Part shown: positions 1 to 9,661 of the stretch, one piece after another
Layout of the letters: each line of letters begins with the position of its first letter
How positions within the stretch are numbered: position 1 is the first letter of the stretch
Position numbers and translations under genes: made by a program
Source of the DNA: Tagaea sp.
GTDB taxonomy: Bacteria; Pseudomonadota; Alphaproteobacteria; CACIAM-22H2
Length of the DNA stretch: 64,000 nucleotides
Assembly (NCBI GenBank): GCA_965279525.1
Contig: CBDIIB010000005.1
Span: forward strand, 363,998-427,997
Direction of reading: 5' to 3'
Notes under the pieces: generated by a model
What the model saw: the letters and a program-made list of their open reading frames with translations, nothing else
Databases searched by the model: none
Told to the model about the DNA's origin: nothing

Positions 1-431
1 CGCATCGGGAAGATCGTCTGGATGGCGGCGGTCGCCATGGCACCCAGCGCCAGTTCGACCAGGTGCGTGCAGCCCTGCACGCCGCCGAGCTTCTCCTTGA
101 CCTGGCCGTACCAGCCCTTGCCGATGCGCATGCCGACCAGCTTGCGGAATTCCGGCACGATCGCCGGACAGATCTCGAACGGGCTGTTGTCGGTCGCGGC
201 CGCGACGTCGTGGACGAGAAGATCGTCGTCGAGCGTCAGGCGCAGCCACATCTCGTGGATGGGAACGCCGGGATGCACGGTCCCGCGCCACGCGTTCTCG
301 AACGGATAGGCCTTCGTGTCGACGAGATAGCCTTCGATGTCCCACAGCCCGTCGTCGCGCCGGAAGCCGTTGCACTCGATGCGTCTGGTATGGATCGGCT
401 TGCGCGGGGCGGCGGGCGGGGGCAGCGGCAT
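1..431 (-). CDS. Conserved hypothetical protein (DUF2889-like). The 5' part lies in the window and the C-terminus runs past the window start.
   Basis: Manual reverse-complement translation from ATG at 431: MPLPPPAAPRKPIHTRRIECNGFRRDDGLWDIEGYLVDTKAY...GCTHLVELALGAMATAAIQ is coherent. The plus-strand ORFs 22-467 are antisense artefacts. Confidence 0.5.
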   Translation of the reverse strand, partial: MPLPPPAAPRKPIHTRRIECNGFRRDDGLWDIEGYLVDTKAYPFENAWRGTVHPGVPIHEMWLRLTLDDDLLVHDVAAATDNSPFEICPAIVPEFRKLVGMRIGKGWYGQVKEKLGGVQGCTHLVELALGAMATAAIQTIFPM

Positions 432-498
432 GGGAAGCGGTCTCCGGGCGGGGTTGCCGCCCGATGATCGCGCGTCCGCGGACCGAACGCAAAAGCCT

Positions 499-1014
499 TC
501 AGGTCAGCCCGTAGCCGGCCGAACCCGAAATGAACGCGTCGCGTTCCTTGAGCCCTTCCTCGAGCTCGCCAAGGGCGGTCGAGTAGAGATCGCGCACCGA
601 AACCATGCCGATCAGCCGGCCCGCGTCCATCACCGGCAGGTGGCGGTAGCCGCGCTTGCGCATCATGTCGAGTGCGGCGAACGCCGTCTCGTCCGGGCCG
701 ATCGTGTCGGGATCGCGCGTCATCACTTCGGCAAGGCGGAGCGTGTCGGGGTCGCGCTTCATGGCGACGACCTTCGAGAGCAGGTCGCGCTCGGTGAAGA
801 TCCCGACCAGCCGCGCCCCGTCGATCACCATCACGGCGCCGATGCGCCGCTGGGCCATCGCCAGGGCTGCTTCGCGGACGGTCATGTTTGCACTGGCCGT
901 GGCCAGGTTCTGGGTCCCGGAAATTACGTCGGGCACGATCTTGCGGATCATCTGTTTCTCCCTTCGTCGGACTGTCGCCACGTCGAGGGACGGTCTTGCG
1001 CCGCCTTTGGACAT
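499..1014 (-). CDS. CBS domain-containing protein
   Basis: Tandem CBS-like motifs (RIGAVMVIDGARLVGIFTERDLL / HLPVMDAGRLIGMVSVRDL). Start set at internal Met (MSKGG) rather than the Arg-rich ORF extension. Confidence 0.7.
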   Translation of the reverse strand: MSKGGARPSLDVATVRRREKQMIRKIVPDVISGTQNLATASANMTVREAALAMAQRRIGAVMVIDGARLVGIFTERDLLSKVVAMKRDPDTLRLAEVMTRDPDTIGPDETAFAALDMMRKRGYRHLPVMDAGRLIGMVSVRDLYSTALGELEEGLKERDAFISGSAGYGLT

Positions 1015-1072
1015 GATGATAGCGCCCGGAAGGGCGGCATTGGCAAGTCCAGAGTCAGGGGCAAGCCCCGAG

Positions 1073-2443
1073 TCAGGCGACCGATTCGGGTGCCGATTCA
1101 GCGGCCTTGGCTGCAGACGGCACCTTTTGCGTCGCCGCATCCGCGATGACGCTGATGCGCAGCGTCGCGACCTGATTTCTCTTGCGGCGCAATATCTCGA
1201 AGCGCAGCCCGTGGAACAGGAAAACCTGGCCCACCTCGGGGATCCGGCGCGACTCGTAGAGGACCAGTCCCGCGATCGTCGCGGCGTCGGCGTCGGGCAG
1301 GCGCCAGTCGAACTGGCGGTTGATGTCGCGGATCGTCACGCTGCCGTCCACGACGAAGCTGCCGTCGGTCTGCGGGCGCACGCCGGGCACGCGGAACTCG
1401 TGCTTCTCGTCGATGTCCCCGACGATCTCCTCGAGGATGTCCTCCAGCGTCACGACGCCCATCAGCCCGCCATACTCGTCCACGACAAGCGCGAAATGCT
1501 CGCGCCGGCGGCGGAACGCCTCGAGCTGGTCGAGCAGGCTGGTCGAGTCCGGGATGAACCAGGGTCGCGTGGCGATCTGGGTGATGTCGATCGTGGACGG
1601 ATCGCCGCCGTTGGCACGAAGCGCGGAAAGCAGCGCCTTGGCATGCAGCACGCCCACCACGTTGTCCGGCGTTCCGCGCCAGAGCGGGATGCGCGTATGC
1701 GGGCTCGACAACGCCTGCTCGAGGATCGCTTCGGGCTTCTGGTCGGCGTCGATCGCCACGACGAGCCGGCGATGGACCATGATGTCCGACACGCTGACGT
1801 CGGCAAGGTCCAGCACCGAGCGCAGCATCTGGCGCTCCTTGCGCACCGTGGCGTCGCGGTGGGCGGCCCCGTGCAGTTCGATGGCGCCGCGAAGCTCCTC
1901 GGCGGCCGCTTCGGCTTCCTCGTCGGCTTCCCGCACGCGCACGCCCAGCAGCCAAAGCATGCCGCGGGCGGCGCCGCCGGTCGCATTGGCAAGCGGCGAC
2001 AGGACGGCGACCATGCCGCGCGCGAAGGGGGCAAGGATCAGCGCCACGCGGTCGGCATGCGCGAAGGCCCAGAGCTTGGGCATCACCTCGCCGAAGACGA
2101 CGACCAGAACGGTCATGATGACGGTCGCGTAGAGCACGCCGGCGTCGCCGAAGAGCGCGATGAGGGCGCTCGTCGTCAGGGCCGATCCCAGGATGTTGAC
2201 GAGGTTGTTGCCGAGCAGCACGGCGCTGATGAACTTGTCGCGCTGGACGCGCAGGCGGTTGACGAGGCCGGCCCGCTTCGACCCGCGGCGCTCCATCTCG
2301 GCCAGCCGCGGACGCGAAGCCGACGTGATCGACGTCTCGACGGCCGAAAGCAGGGCCGCGATCACAAGCAGCGTCAGAACGGCCGCGATCGTGAACCAGC
2401 CGGGAAGATCGGGAAACTCGAAGCTCATGCCGTCCATGCTCAT
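1073..2443 (-). CDS. HlyC/CorC (CNNM) family transporter: DUF21 membrane domain, CBS pair and CorC_HlyC C-terminal domain
   Basis: N-terminal TM segments from [27 protein letters not shown], a CBS pair and a transporter-associated C-terminus. Start at 2443 overlaps the aroB stop (ATGA). Confidence 0.8.
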   Translation of the reverse strand: MSMDGMSFEFPDLPGWFTIAAVLTLLVIAALLSAVETSITSASRPRLAEMERRGSKRAGLVNRLRVQRDKFISAVLLGNNLVNILGSALTTSALIALFGDAGVLYATVIMTVLVVVFGEVMPKLWAFAHADRVALILAPFARGMVAVLSPLANATGGAARGMLWLLGVRVREADEEAEAAAEELRGAIELHGAAHRDATVRKERQMLRSVLDLADVSVSDIMVHRRLVVAIDADQKPEAILEQALSSPHTRIPLWRGTPDNVVGVLHAKALLSALRANGGDPSTIDITQIATRPWFIPDSTSLLDQLEAFRRRREHFALVVDEYGGLMGVVTLEDILEEIVGDIDEKHEFRVPGVRPQTDGSFVVDGSVTIRDINRQFDWRLPDADAATIAGLVLYESRRIPEVGQVFLFHGLRFEILRRKRNQVATLRISVIADAATQKVPSAAKAAESAPESVA

Positions 2444-3552
2444 GCCGCGGCCTCTTCGGCCAACATATCGCGCACGCGCGCGATGTCGACGCCGGTCGCG
2501 ACGAACGACCTGCCGATGCCGCGCGCGAGGATGAACGTGACCTTGCCGTCGCGCACCTTCTTGTCGTGTCCCATATGGACGACGAGATCGTCGGCGCGCC
2601 AGGCGCGCTGTCGGGCGAGGCCGACCGGCAGGCCGGTCGCGTCCAGATGCCGGCGCACGCGCACCGCATCGTCCGACGGGCAGAAGCCGAGGCGGACGGA
2701 CAGGTCGAAGGCCATGCGCATGCCGATCGCCACGGCCTCGCCGTGCAGCAGTTCGGCACCAAAGCCGGTCTCGGCTTCGAGCGCGTGACCGAACGTGTGG
2801 CCCAGATTGAGGAGGGCGCGCACGCCGTTCTCGCGCTCGTCGGCGGCGACGATGCGCGCCTTGGCGCGGCACGACACGGCCACCGCATGCGCGCGAAGCG
2901 CCACGTCGCCCGCAAGCATCTCAGCCGAATTTTTCTCGCACCAGTCGAAGAAACCCGGCTCGTCGATCAGGCCGTACTTCACCACTTCGGCGTAGCCGGC
3001 GAGGAGTTCGCGCTGGGGCAGCGTGTCGAGCGTACCAAGGTCGCACAGCACGAGGCGTGGCTGGTGGAAGGCGCCGATCAGGTTCTTGCCATGGCGCGTG
3101 TTGACGCCGGTCTTGCCGCCGACCGAACTGTCGACCTGGGAGAGCAGCGTCGTCGGGCACTGGACGAAATCCACGCCGCGCAGGAGCAGCGAGGCGGCGA
3201 CACCCGTCATGTCGCCGACCACGCCGCCGCCAAGGGCCAGCAGCAGGTCGCCGCGCTCGGGCCGGCGTTCGAGGATGCGGTCGAGCAGCACGCCCAGATG
3301 CGCGAAATCCTTCGACGTCTCGCCGGGGGCCTGGAGGAACGTCTCGCTCGCGATCCCCGCCTTGGCGAGGCCCGCTTCGAGGCGCGGCAGGTGGGCCGCC
3401 GCCACACGCGTGTCGCTGACGACGAAGACGCGCCGGACGGCGCGTACCGCACGGATCGACTCGCCCGCGGTCTCGAGCAGGCCGTTGCCGATCAGGATGT
3501 CGTAGCCGCGCTCGCCAAGTTCGACGCGCACGCGTTCGGTCGAACCGCTCAT
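2440..3552 (-). CDS. aroB: 3-dehydroquinate synthase
   Basis: [22 protein letters not shown]... with [14 protein letters not shown] nucleotide-binding and HTFGHALE metal motifs. Same 581-aa ORF as aroK but in a different frame. Confidence 0.85.
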   Translation of the reverse strand: MSGSTERVRVELGERGYDILIGNGLLETAGESIRAVRAVRRVFVVSDTRVAAAHLPRLEAGLAKAGIASETFLQAPGETSKDFAHLGVLLDRILERRPERGDLLLALGGGVVGDMTGVAASLLLRGVDFVQCPTTLLSQVDSSVGGKTGVNTRHGKNLIGAFHQPRLVLCDLGTLDTLPQRELLAGYAEVVKYGLIDEPGFFDWCEKNSAEMLAGDVALRAHAVAVSCRAKARIVAADERENGVRALLNLGHTFGHALEAETGFGAELLHGEAVAIGMRMAFDLSVRLGFCPSDDAVRVRRHLDATGLPVGLARQRAWRADDLVVHMGHDKKVRDGKVTFILARGIGRSFVATGVDIARVRDMLAEEAAA

Positions 3553-4142
3553 GTCCGGTCCGCCGTTTCGAAATGCCGGGTCAGTGCATCGACGACGCGC
3601 GACGTCGTCTCGTCGGGCGGCGATTCGAGCGACTGCACGTGGATGTCGGCTTGCGCATAGACCGGATAGCGCGTCTCCATCAGGCCCGCGAGGATCTCGC
3701 GCGGGTCGCCGCTGTGCAGCAGCGGCCGGTTCGTGCGCCGCGCGGTCCGCCGGACCAGCGTGTCGAGATCGGCCCGGAGCCAAATCGAAAGGCCGGCCGC
3801 CTTGACCGCCGCACGCGTGTCCGCGTCCATGAAGGCGCCGCCGCCCGTCGCCAGCACGCAGCGTGGGCCCGCGAGCAGGCGCGCGATCACGCGCCGTTCG
3901 CCGTCGCGGAAGGCCGGTTCGCCGAAGCGCGCGAAGATTTCCGGGATGGTGCAGCCGGCAGCCTGTTCGATTTCCTTGTCTGTGTCGACGAAGGGCAGAT
4001 CCAGGCGTGCGGCCAGTCGCTTGCCGATCGCGGTCTTGCCTGCCCCCATCAGCCCGACCATGACGATCGAGCGGTCGACCGGCGGCAGTCCGGAGCGCAC
4101 CGCCGGGGAAGCCGGCAGTTCGTTTTGGGTCGCATCGATCAT
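3549..4142 (-). CDS. aroK: Shikimate kinase
   Basis: Walker [16 protein letters not shown], 197 aa, stop overlaps the aroB start. Confidence 0.85.
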   Translation of the reverse strand: MIDATQNELPASPAVRSGLPPVDRSIVMVGLMGAGKTAIGKRLAARLDLPFVDTDKEIEQAAGCTIPEIFARFGEPAFRDGERRVIARLLAGPRCVLATGGGAFMDADTRAAVKAAGLSIWLRADLDTLVRRTARRTNRPLLHSGDPREILAGLMETRYPVYAQADIHVQSLESPPDETTSRVVDALTRHFETADRT

Positions 4143-4269
4143 GGCGGCTAGACCGGGGACGCGAATCGCCGTTCCGGTGTTTCAAACCGGGTCTGGGCTT
4201 CGCCTTTCCTCTTGCACGGGCGCGTCATAAACCGGAGTGTAGCAAAGCACGGCCCGACTCGCACGGCTC

Positions 4270-4317
4270 GCCGTTCGAATCCCGTGTTATGATTTTAAAA
4301 CAAGGACTTGTACGGAT
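4270..4317. promoter_or_regulatory. AT-rich spacer (ttatgattttaaaacaaggacttgtacggat) between divergent aroK and downstream plus-strand genes. Likely promoter region.
   Basis: Local AT-rich patch in an otherwise ~68% GC context, immediately upstream of an ATG at 4318. Confidence 0.3.
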
Positions 4318-4458
4318 ATGCGTCGCCCGCTTGCGCTGGCTCTGATCGGCCTTCTGGTCATTCTCGCCGGCTTCGTGGCCTTCCTCGCCACCTGGGAAAT
4401 CCCCGCGCCGACCGCGCGCATCGAAAAGACCATCCCCAATGACCGCCTTCCCCGCTAG
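4318..4458 (+). CDS. Small (46 aa) single-TM membrane protein, hypothetical
   Basis: ATG at 4318 after the AT-rich spacer: MRRPLALALIGLLVILAGFVAFLATWEIPAPTARIEKTIPNDRLPR. Below ORF-track size cutoff. Overlaps the next gene start by 20 nt. Confidence 0.35.
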   Translation: MRRPLALALIGLLVILAGFVAFLATWEIPAPTARIEKTIPNDRLPR

Positions 4459-6217
4459 GCCCCGCCCCCTCGTGCTTGCCCTGCTGGCCGGCCTCGCCGC
4501 CGGCCCGGCCTTCGGCCAGGGCACGCCGATGCCCCTGCTGGTGCCGCCGGGCCGCGAAGCGCCGCGACCGGCCGCTCCGCCGGAGCCGGCCGCAGGCCCG
4601 GCCCTGCGCGGTCCCGCCGGCATCGAGATCGAGAACGCGCGGCCGATGGACACCGAAGGCGTGGGCCTCATCGATGCGGCCAATGGCGGTCTTGCCGCCG
4701 AAGCCTGGGCGACCAGCAACCGCGCCCTGGCCGAGCGGCTGGTCCGCGACCTGCCGGCCCCCATCGCCTCGACGCCGGCGCGGGCACTCGCGACGCGCGC
4801 CCTCGTCTCGGCAAGCGGTGCGCCGGCCGGCGACAGCAAGACGAATTTCGCCGCCCTTCGCGCCCTCAAGCTGCGCCAGATCGGCGACATCGCTGCGGCG
4901 GCGGATCTCGCCGGGCGCATCCCGCAGCGCACCGGCGACGAGAACCTGCTGCGCATCCTGATCGACGAAGCCTGGCTTGCCGGGGCCGACGAGCGCGCCT
5001 GCGGCCATGTGCGCGAAGCGCTCGCCGTCTCGCGCCACGCGGATTTCCAGAAGGCGCTGATGTTCTGCCAGGCGCTTGCCGGCGATTCCAACCGCGCCCA
5101 GCTCGGCCTTGCCATGCTGCGCGACCAGGGCGTGCCGGAAGACGCCGCCTTCGTCACGCTGCTGCTTGCCGCCGGCGGCGACGGCAAGGGCATCAAGGTC
5201 GATACCTTGCGCAACGCAAGCCCGCTGTCGCTGGCGATGCTGCGTTCGGCGAAGGTCGCGCCGCCGGCCGATACGGCCCAGTCGGCCGATCCTGCGGTGC
5301 TCGCGAGCCTTGCCAAAGGCAGCCTCGGCACGCCGGAGTTCCGCCTTGCGGCCGGCGAGCGCGCCGAAGCCTTCGGCGTGCTTGCCGCCGAGGCACTGGG
5401 CGAACTCTACGCGGCCATCGAACTCACGCCGGCCCAGATGAACGATGCCGCCGCCTTCGCGCGCCAGGACGGCGGGCCGAAGGGGCGGGCCGCCCTCTAT
5501 AAGGCCGCGAAGGCGGCGACGGATCCGGCCCAGCGCCTGGCCGCCCTCCAGCGCCTGTGGCGTCATGGCCGCGAACGCGGCGGCTATGCCACGCTCGCGC
5601 GCGTCAGCCTTGGCCTGCTCGCCGATGTCCCGGCATCGCCCGAGCATGCGGCCGCCGCCGGCGACGTCGCGCGTGCCCTGCTGATGGCGGGGCGCGAGGA
5701 CGACGCACTTGGCTGGATGCGCTTCGCGCGCGCCGCCCAGATCGGCGGCAACGCCGATGCCGAGACGCAGGTCGCCGGCTTCTGGCTGCTGGCCACGCTG
5801 GGCGGATTGCAGTGGGACGGCCCGCGCGATCCCGCCCGCCTCGACGCGTGGCGCCAGGCACAGGAACGCATCGACGCGCGCGCGGCACCCGCACGCGCCG
5901 CACTCGGCATCACGCTGCTGAGCGGCCTTGGCCACCTGCCGCCGGGTGGTGCCGTGATCGCGCTTGTGCAAGGCCCGTTCGAACGGCTGAGCGTGCCGAT
6001 GCCAAGCCCCGTGCTGTGGACCGGCCTGCACGAAGCCGCGATCGGCGGGCGCACCGCCGAGACCGCGTTGCTGGCGGTCCATCTGCTGGGGGCCGAAGGT
6101 GCCGCAGGCGCCAGTCCCTATGCGCTGCTCGCCGTCCTCGACGGGCTGCGCGCCGTCGGCTTCGAGGAGACCGCACGCCGGCTCGCCCTCGAAGCGGCGA
6201 TCGCGTCGGGGCTCTAG
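4439..6217 (+). CDS. Secreted Ala-rich hypothetical protein (592 aa) with N-terminal signal peptide
   Basis: Signal peptide MTAFPARPRPLVLALLAGLAAGPAFGQG. Long coherent ORF. Antisense ORFs 4225-6319 judged artefacts. Confidence 0.6.
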   Translation: MTAFPARPRPLVLALLAGLAAGPAFGQGTPMPLLVPPGREAPRPAAPPEPAAGPALRGPAGIEIENARPMDTEGVGLIDAANGGLAAEAWATSNRALAERLVRDLPAPIASTPARALATRALVSASGAPAGDSKTNFAALRALKLRQIGDIAAAADLAGRIPQRTGDENLLRILIDEAWLAGADERACGHVREALAVSRHADFQKALMFCQALAGDSNRAQLGLAMLRDQGVPEDAAFVTLLLAAGGDGKGIKVDTLRNASPLSLAMLRSAKVAPPADTAQSADPAVLASLAKGSLGTPEFRLAAGERAEAFGVLAAEALGELYAAIELTPAQMNDAAAFARQDGGPKGRAALYKAAKAATDPAQRLAALQRLWRHGRERGGYATLARVSLGLLADVPASPEHAAAAGDVARALLMAGREDDALGWMRFARAAQIGGNADAETQVAGFWLLATLGGLQWDGPRDPARLDAWRQAQERIDARAAPARAALGITLLSGLGHLPPGGAVIALVQGPFERLSVPMPSPVLWTGLHEAAIGGRTAETALLAVHLLGAEGAAGASPYALLAVLDGLRAVGFEETARRLALEAAIASGL

Positions 6218-6221
6218 GCGC

Positions 6222-7163
6222 ATGGCGCGCGGCCGGCCGGCAGGTGCGAAAGCCGGCCTGTCGGCGCCCGCGGAAAACTTCATCGAGATGCTGCGCGCGA
6301 CACGCAACGCATCGGCCAATACCGAGCGCGCCTATCGCGGCGACATCGCGGATTACGAAAGCTTCCTCGGGAAACGCGGGGCAAGCGCGCTCGACGTCGA
6401 TGCCGCTGCGGCGCGTGCCTACCTGAAGCAGATCGCACAGGCGGGACTTGCGCCGCGCAGTGCGGCCCGCCGGCTTTCGGCCTTGCGCCAGATGCACCGC
6501 TTCCTCGTCTCCGAAGGGCTGCGCGCCGACGATCCGCTCGCCACGCTGGACGCACCGCGCGTGGGCCGGGCGCTCCCGAAGATCCTGTCGGAGGACGAGG
6601 TGCGCGCCCTCCTCGATGCCGCGAAGGCGCTTGACGGGATCGACGGCACGCGCCTCGTGTGCATCCTCGAGATCCTCTATTCGAGCGGGCTGCGCGTCTC
6701 CGAACTCGCGGGGCTGAAGCTTGCTTCGCTGTCGCGCGACGGGCGCTTCCTGATCGTGCGCGGCAAGGGCGACAAGGAACGCCTGATCCCGCTCGCTGCC
6801 CCGGCCCTTGCCGCCCTCGAAGCGTGGCGGGCCGCCCGCACGCGCGAGTTCCCGCTCGCCGCCAAGTCACGCTTCCTGTTCCCCACGCGCGCCGTCTCCG
6901 GCCACCTGACGCCGGCGCGCATCGCGCAGCTGCTGAAGGCGCTGGCCCCGAAGGCCGGGATCGATCCGCGCCGGCTGTCGCCCCACGTGCTGCGCCATGC
7001 CTTCGCGAGCCATCTCGTCGACCGCGGGGCGGACCTGCGCGCCGTCCAGCAGATGCTGGGCCACGCCGACATCGCGACCACGCAGATCTACACGCATGTC
7101 GGCGGCGAGCGCCTGAAACGCCTTGTCGCCACGCACCATCCGCTTGCCCGTCGGCGCCACTAG
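6222..7163 (+). CDS. xerD: Site-specific tyrosine recombinase XerD
   Basis: Phage-integrase catalytic motifs (RHAFASHL...LGHADIATTQIYTHV), ~313 aa. Start moved to MARGRP at 6222 just after the upstream stop. Confidence 0.75.
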   Translation: MARGRPAGAKAGLSAPAENFIEMLRATRNASANTERAYRGDIADYESFLGKRGASALDVDAAAARAYLKQIAQAGLAPRSAARRLSALRQMHRFLVSEGLRADDPLATLDAPRVGRALPKILSEDEVRALLDAAKALDGIDGTRLVCILEILYSSGLRVSELAGLKLASLSRDGRFLIVRGKGDKERLIPLAAPALAALEAWRAARTREFPLAAKSRFLFPTRAVSGHLTPARIAQLLKALAPKAGIDPRRLSPHVLRHAFASHLVDRGADLRAVQQMLGHADIATTQIYTHVGGERLKRLVATHHPLARRRH

Positions 7164-7204
7164 AGGCTACGTTCCAGACCTGCTCTTTTTGAGGAAATCC
7201 GCTC

Positions 7205-9223
7205 ATGGCCGCGAAGAAGAAGCCCGTCAAGAAAGCCCCCGCCAAGAAGGCCGTCAAGAAGCCTGACCCCAAGAAAGCAGCGGCCAAGAAGCCGGTCGCC
7301 AAGAAGGTGCTGCCCAAAAAGGTCGTCGCCAAAAAGCCGGCGCCCAAGCCGGTCGCGAAGAAGGTCGCCGCCAAGCCGGCCCCCAAGCTGGCGGCCAAGA
7401 AGCCCGCCCCCAAGATCGTCGCGAAGCCGGCGGCAAAGCCGGTCGCCAAAACCGTCGCCGCGAAGCCGATGCCTGTCGCCAAGCCCGTCGCCAAGCCGGT
7501 CGTGGCCGCCAAGCCCGTGCCGGTGGCAAAGCCGGTCGTGGCCAAGCCGGTGGCCCCGCCGCCGCCGCCCAAGCCCGTCGTCAAGCCGCCCGTGAAGGGG
7601 CCCGGCGGCACGGTGCTGCCCGACGACGGCGTCAAGCTCGACGCGAAGATCACGCCCGACCAGCTGACGATCCTCACGCCCGAAGCGCTCGCCTTCGTCG
7701 TCGAGCTCGAGCGCAAGTTCGGTGCCCGCCGCCATGAACTGCTCGCCGCGCGCGTCGAGCGCCAGAAGCGCCTCGATGCCGGCGAGCGGCCCGACTTCCT
7801 GCCGCAGACGCGCTCGGTGCGCGAGGCGGAATGGACCGTGGCCCCGCTGCCCAAGGACATCCTCGACCGCCGCGTCGAGATCACCGGGCCCGTCGACCGC
7901 AAGATGGTCATCAACGCGCTCAACTCCGGCGCCAACGTGTTCATGGCCGATTTCGAGGATGCCTCGACGCCGACCTGGGCCAACCTGATCGAGGGCCACG
8001 TCAACCTGCGCGACGCCAACGCCGGCACGATCGCGTTCACCGATCCCAAGACCGCCAAGGCCTACAAGCTCAACCCCAAGCATGCCGTGCTGTTCGTGCG
8101 CCCGCGCGGCTGGGCGCTGCCCGAGAAGCACCTCACCGTCGACGGCAAGCCGATGTCGGGTTCGCTGTTCGATTTCGGCATGTACTTCTTCCATAACGCC
8201 AAGCAGCTGCTGAAGAAGGGCTCGGGCCCGTATTTCTACCTGCCGAAGATGGAAAGCCATCTCGAAGCGCGCCTGTGGAACGACGTGTTCGTCCACGCGC
8301 AGGAGAAGCTCGGCGTCAAGCGCGGCTCGATCAAGGCAACAGTGTTGATCGAGACGATCCTCGCCGCGTTCGAGATGGACGAGATCCTCAACGAGCTGCG
8401 CGAGCACTCGGCCGGCCTCAATTGCGGGCGCTGGGACTACATCTTCAGTTTCATCAAGAAGTTCGCCGAGCAGCCCAACTACCTGATGCCCGACCGCGGC
8501 CAGGTGACGATGACCTCGCACTTCATGCGCTCGTACAGCCAGCTGCTGATCAAGACGTGCCACCGGCGCAACGTGCACGCGATGGGCGGCATGGCCGCCC
8601 AGATCCCGATCAAGGACGATCCGGCCGCCAACGAGGCCGCGATGGCCAAGGTGCGCGCCGACAAGGACCGCGAGGCGACCGACGGCCACGACGGCACGTG
8701 GGTGGCGCATCCGGGTCTCGTTCCCATCGCCAAGGCGGTGTTCGACGAGAAGATGAAGGACGCCAACCAGATCGCGCGCAAGCGCCAGGACGTGCATGTC
8801 GTGGCGGCCGACCTCATCCAGGTGCCGGCCGGCACGATGACGGAAGCGGGCCTGCGGCAGAACTGCGCGGTGGGCATCGGCTATCTGGAAGCGTGGCTGC
8901 GCGGCCTTGGCTGCGTGCCGCTCTACAACCTGATGGAAGACGCCGCGACCGCCGAGATCAGCCGCGCGCAGGTCTGGCAGCAGCTGCGCCACTCGGCCAC
9001 GCTCGAGGACGGGCGCGCGGTCGACAAGGCGATGATGCGCAAGATCGTCGAGGAGGAACTCGACAAGATCCGCAAGTCGGTCGGCGCCGAACGCTACGGC
9101 AAAGGGCGCTTCAAGGAAGCGGCGAAGATGTTCATCGAGCTGTGCGAGGCCGACCGCTTCCCCGACTTCCTGACGATCCCGGCCTATGACTGGATCATCG
9201 CGAACGAGTCGAAGATCGGGTGA
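7205..9223 (+). CDS. aceB: Malate synthase A with ~130-aa N-terminal Lys/Ala/Pro-rich (histone H1/AlgP-like) repeat extension
   Basis: Residues ~135-672 align to malate synthase A ([63 protein letters not shown]). Residues 1-130 are AKKP/KPVA repeats with no internal Met. Confidence 0.85.
   Translation: MAAKKKPVKKAPAKKAVKKPDPKKAAAKKPVAKKVLPKKVVAKKPAPKPVAKKVAAKPAPKLAAKKPAPKIVAKPAAKPVAKTVAAKPMPVAKPVAKPVVAAKPVPVAKPVVAKPVAPPPPPKPVVKPPVKGPGGTVLPDDGVKLDAKITPDQLTILTPEALAFVVELERKFGARRHELLAARVERQKRLDAGERPDFLPQTRSVREAEWTVAPLPKDILDRRVEITGPVDRKMVINALNSGANVFMADFEDASTPTWANLIEGHVNLRDANAGTIAFTDPKTAKAYKLNPKHAVLFVRPRGWALPEKHLTVDGKPMSGSLFDFGMYFFHNAKQLLKKGSGPYFYLPKMESHLEARLWNDVFVHAQEKLGVKRGSIKATVLIETILAAFEMDEILNELREHSAGLNCGRWDYIFSFIKKFAEQPNYLMPDRGQVTMTSHFMRSYSQLLIKTCHRRNVHAMGGMAAQIPIKDDPAANEAAMAKVRADKDREATDGHDGTWVAHPGLVPIAKAVFDEKMKDANQIARKRQDVHVVAADLIQVPAGTMTEAGLRQNCAVGIGYLEAWLRGLGCVPLYNLMEDAATAEISRAQVWQQLRHSATLEDGRAVDKAMMRKIVEEELDKIRKSVGAERYGKGRFKEAAKMFIELCEADRFPDFLTIPAYDWIIANESKIG
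7211..7600 (+). repeat. In-frame tandem degenerate repeats (gccaagaagccg / aagccggtcgcc units) encoding (A/V)KKP and KPVA repeats
   Basis: Visible nucleotide- and protein-level periodicity at the 5' end of aceB. Confidence 0.7.
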
Positions 9224-9232
9224 GGTCCCGGG

Positions 9233-9265
9233 AAACAGGTTACCACCGGTTACGGTAACCTGTTT
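9233..9265. terminator. Perfect 12-bp inverted repeat AAACAGGTTACC-N9-GGTAACCTGTTT 10 nt after the aceB stop. Terminator-like hairpin with no U-tract, or protein-binding palindrome.
   Basis: Read directly: aaacaggttaccaccggttacggtaacctgttt. Confidence 0.45.
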
Positions 9266-9360
9266 ATCCCGCTGGAATCGCTTGCAGGTAACTTCCGTGC
9301 GCGCGGCAACGTATGACTCCGACGTTCAGCATCGCGTGTGCATGCCATTAATTTCGCGGA

Positions 9361-9395
9361 CGGATCGATGCGACACGCGACGTCGCATCGATCCG
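9361..9395. promoter_or_regulatory. 14-bp perfect inverted repeat CGGATCGATGCGAC-N7-GTCGCATCGATCCG
   Basis: Read directly in the low-GC intergenic islet. Could be an operator or strong hairpin. Confidence 0.5.
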
Positions 9396-9442
9396 TCACG
9401 CAAATCTTGCAGTCATATTCGATTGTCAAAGAGCACGTCCCG

Positions 9443-9468
9443 AGGGTGTGAATATATTTACACACCCT
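9443..9468. promoter_or_regulatory. Inverted repeat AGGGTGTG-aatatattta-CACACCCT with AT-rich centre
   Basis: Read directly. 8-bp arms with a 10-nt AT loop, 200 nt upstream of the 9662 gene. Confidence 0.4.
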
Positions 9469-9470
9469 GC

Positions 9471-9500
9471 AATTGTCAAGATAAATAGCCTATAATATTT
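9471..9500 (+). promoter_or_regulatory. Putative sigma70-like promoter (ttgtca ... TATAAT at 9491-9496) for the 9662 gene
   Basis: Consensus -10 hexamer TATAAT. Upstream TTGTCA has suboptimal 12-nt spacing, so the -35 assignment is uncertain. Confidence 0.3.
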
Positions 9501-9503
9501 CCG

Positions 9504-9518
9504 CCGGGACAAGCCCGG
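9504..9518. repeat. Hairpin CCGGG-acaag-CCCGG, copy 1 of a 15-bp motif repeated at 10526-10540
   Basis: Identical 15-mer ccgggacaagcccgg occurs on both sides of the 9662-10450 gene. Confidence 0.5.
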
Positions 9519-9661
9519 TAAAAGTCCAGCCGGGCAATGCCCAATGCCGCGACTTCCGGAACCATCCCTATGGAAGGATGCCGGATACGGCACGCGCGGA
9601 ATTCGACTTGAATTATCCTTAGAGTGTATATAATTCAGCCGGGTAATCTGAGGTGTGTTAA

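Noticed and set aside
656-2915. Long overlapping ORFs (656-2788 +, 1098-2915 -, 1320-2132 +) covering the CorC/HlyC gene
   Set aside because: They are Arg/Ala/Pro-rich alternative-frame or antisense products typical of 70% GC DNA. Only the frame with TM, CBS and CorC domains is coherent.
2440-4185. Single 581-aa ORF spanning the aroB-aroK region
   Set aside because: It reads the aroK region in the wrong frame (Arg-rich junk) before entering genuine AroB sequence. True AroK is the separate 3549-4142 frame. The two genes overlap by 4 nt.
4225-6497. Minus-strand ORFs 4225-5331, 4358-6319, 5910-6497 and the plus-strand 5557-6426 antisense/alternative ORFs
   Set aside because: Compositionally biased (R/A/G-rich), no recognisable domains. 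They overlap a coherent plus-strand gene with a signal peptide and the xerD gene.
7160-8992. 610-aa minus-strand ORF antisense to aceB
   Set aside because: Mirror ORF of a strongly conserved enzyme gene. Low-complexity translation.
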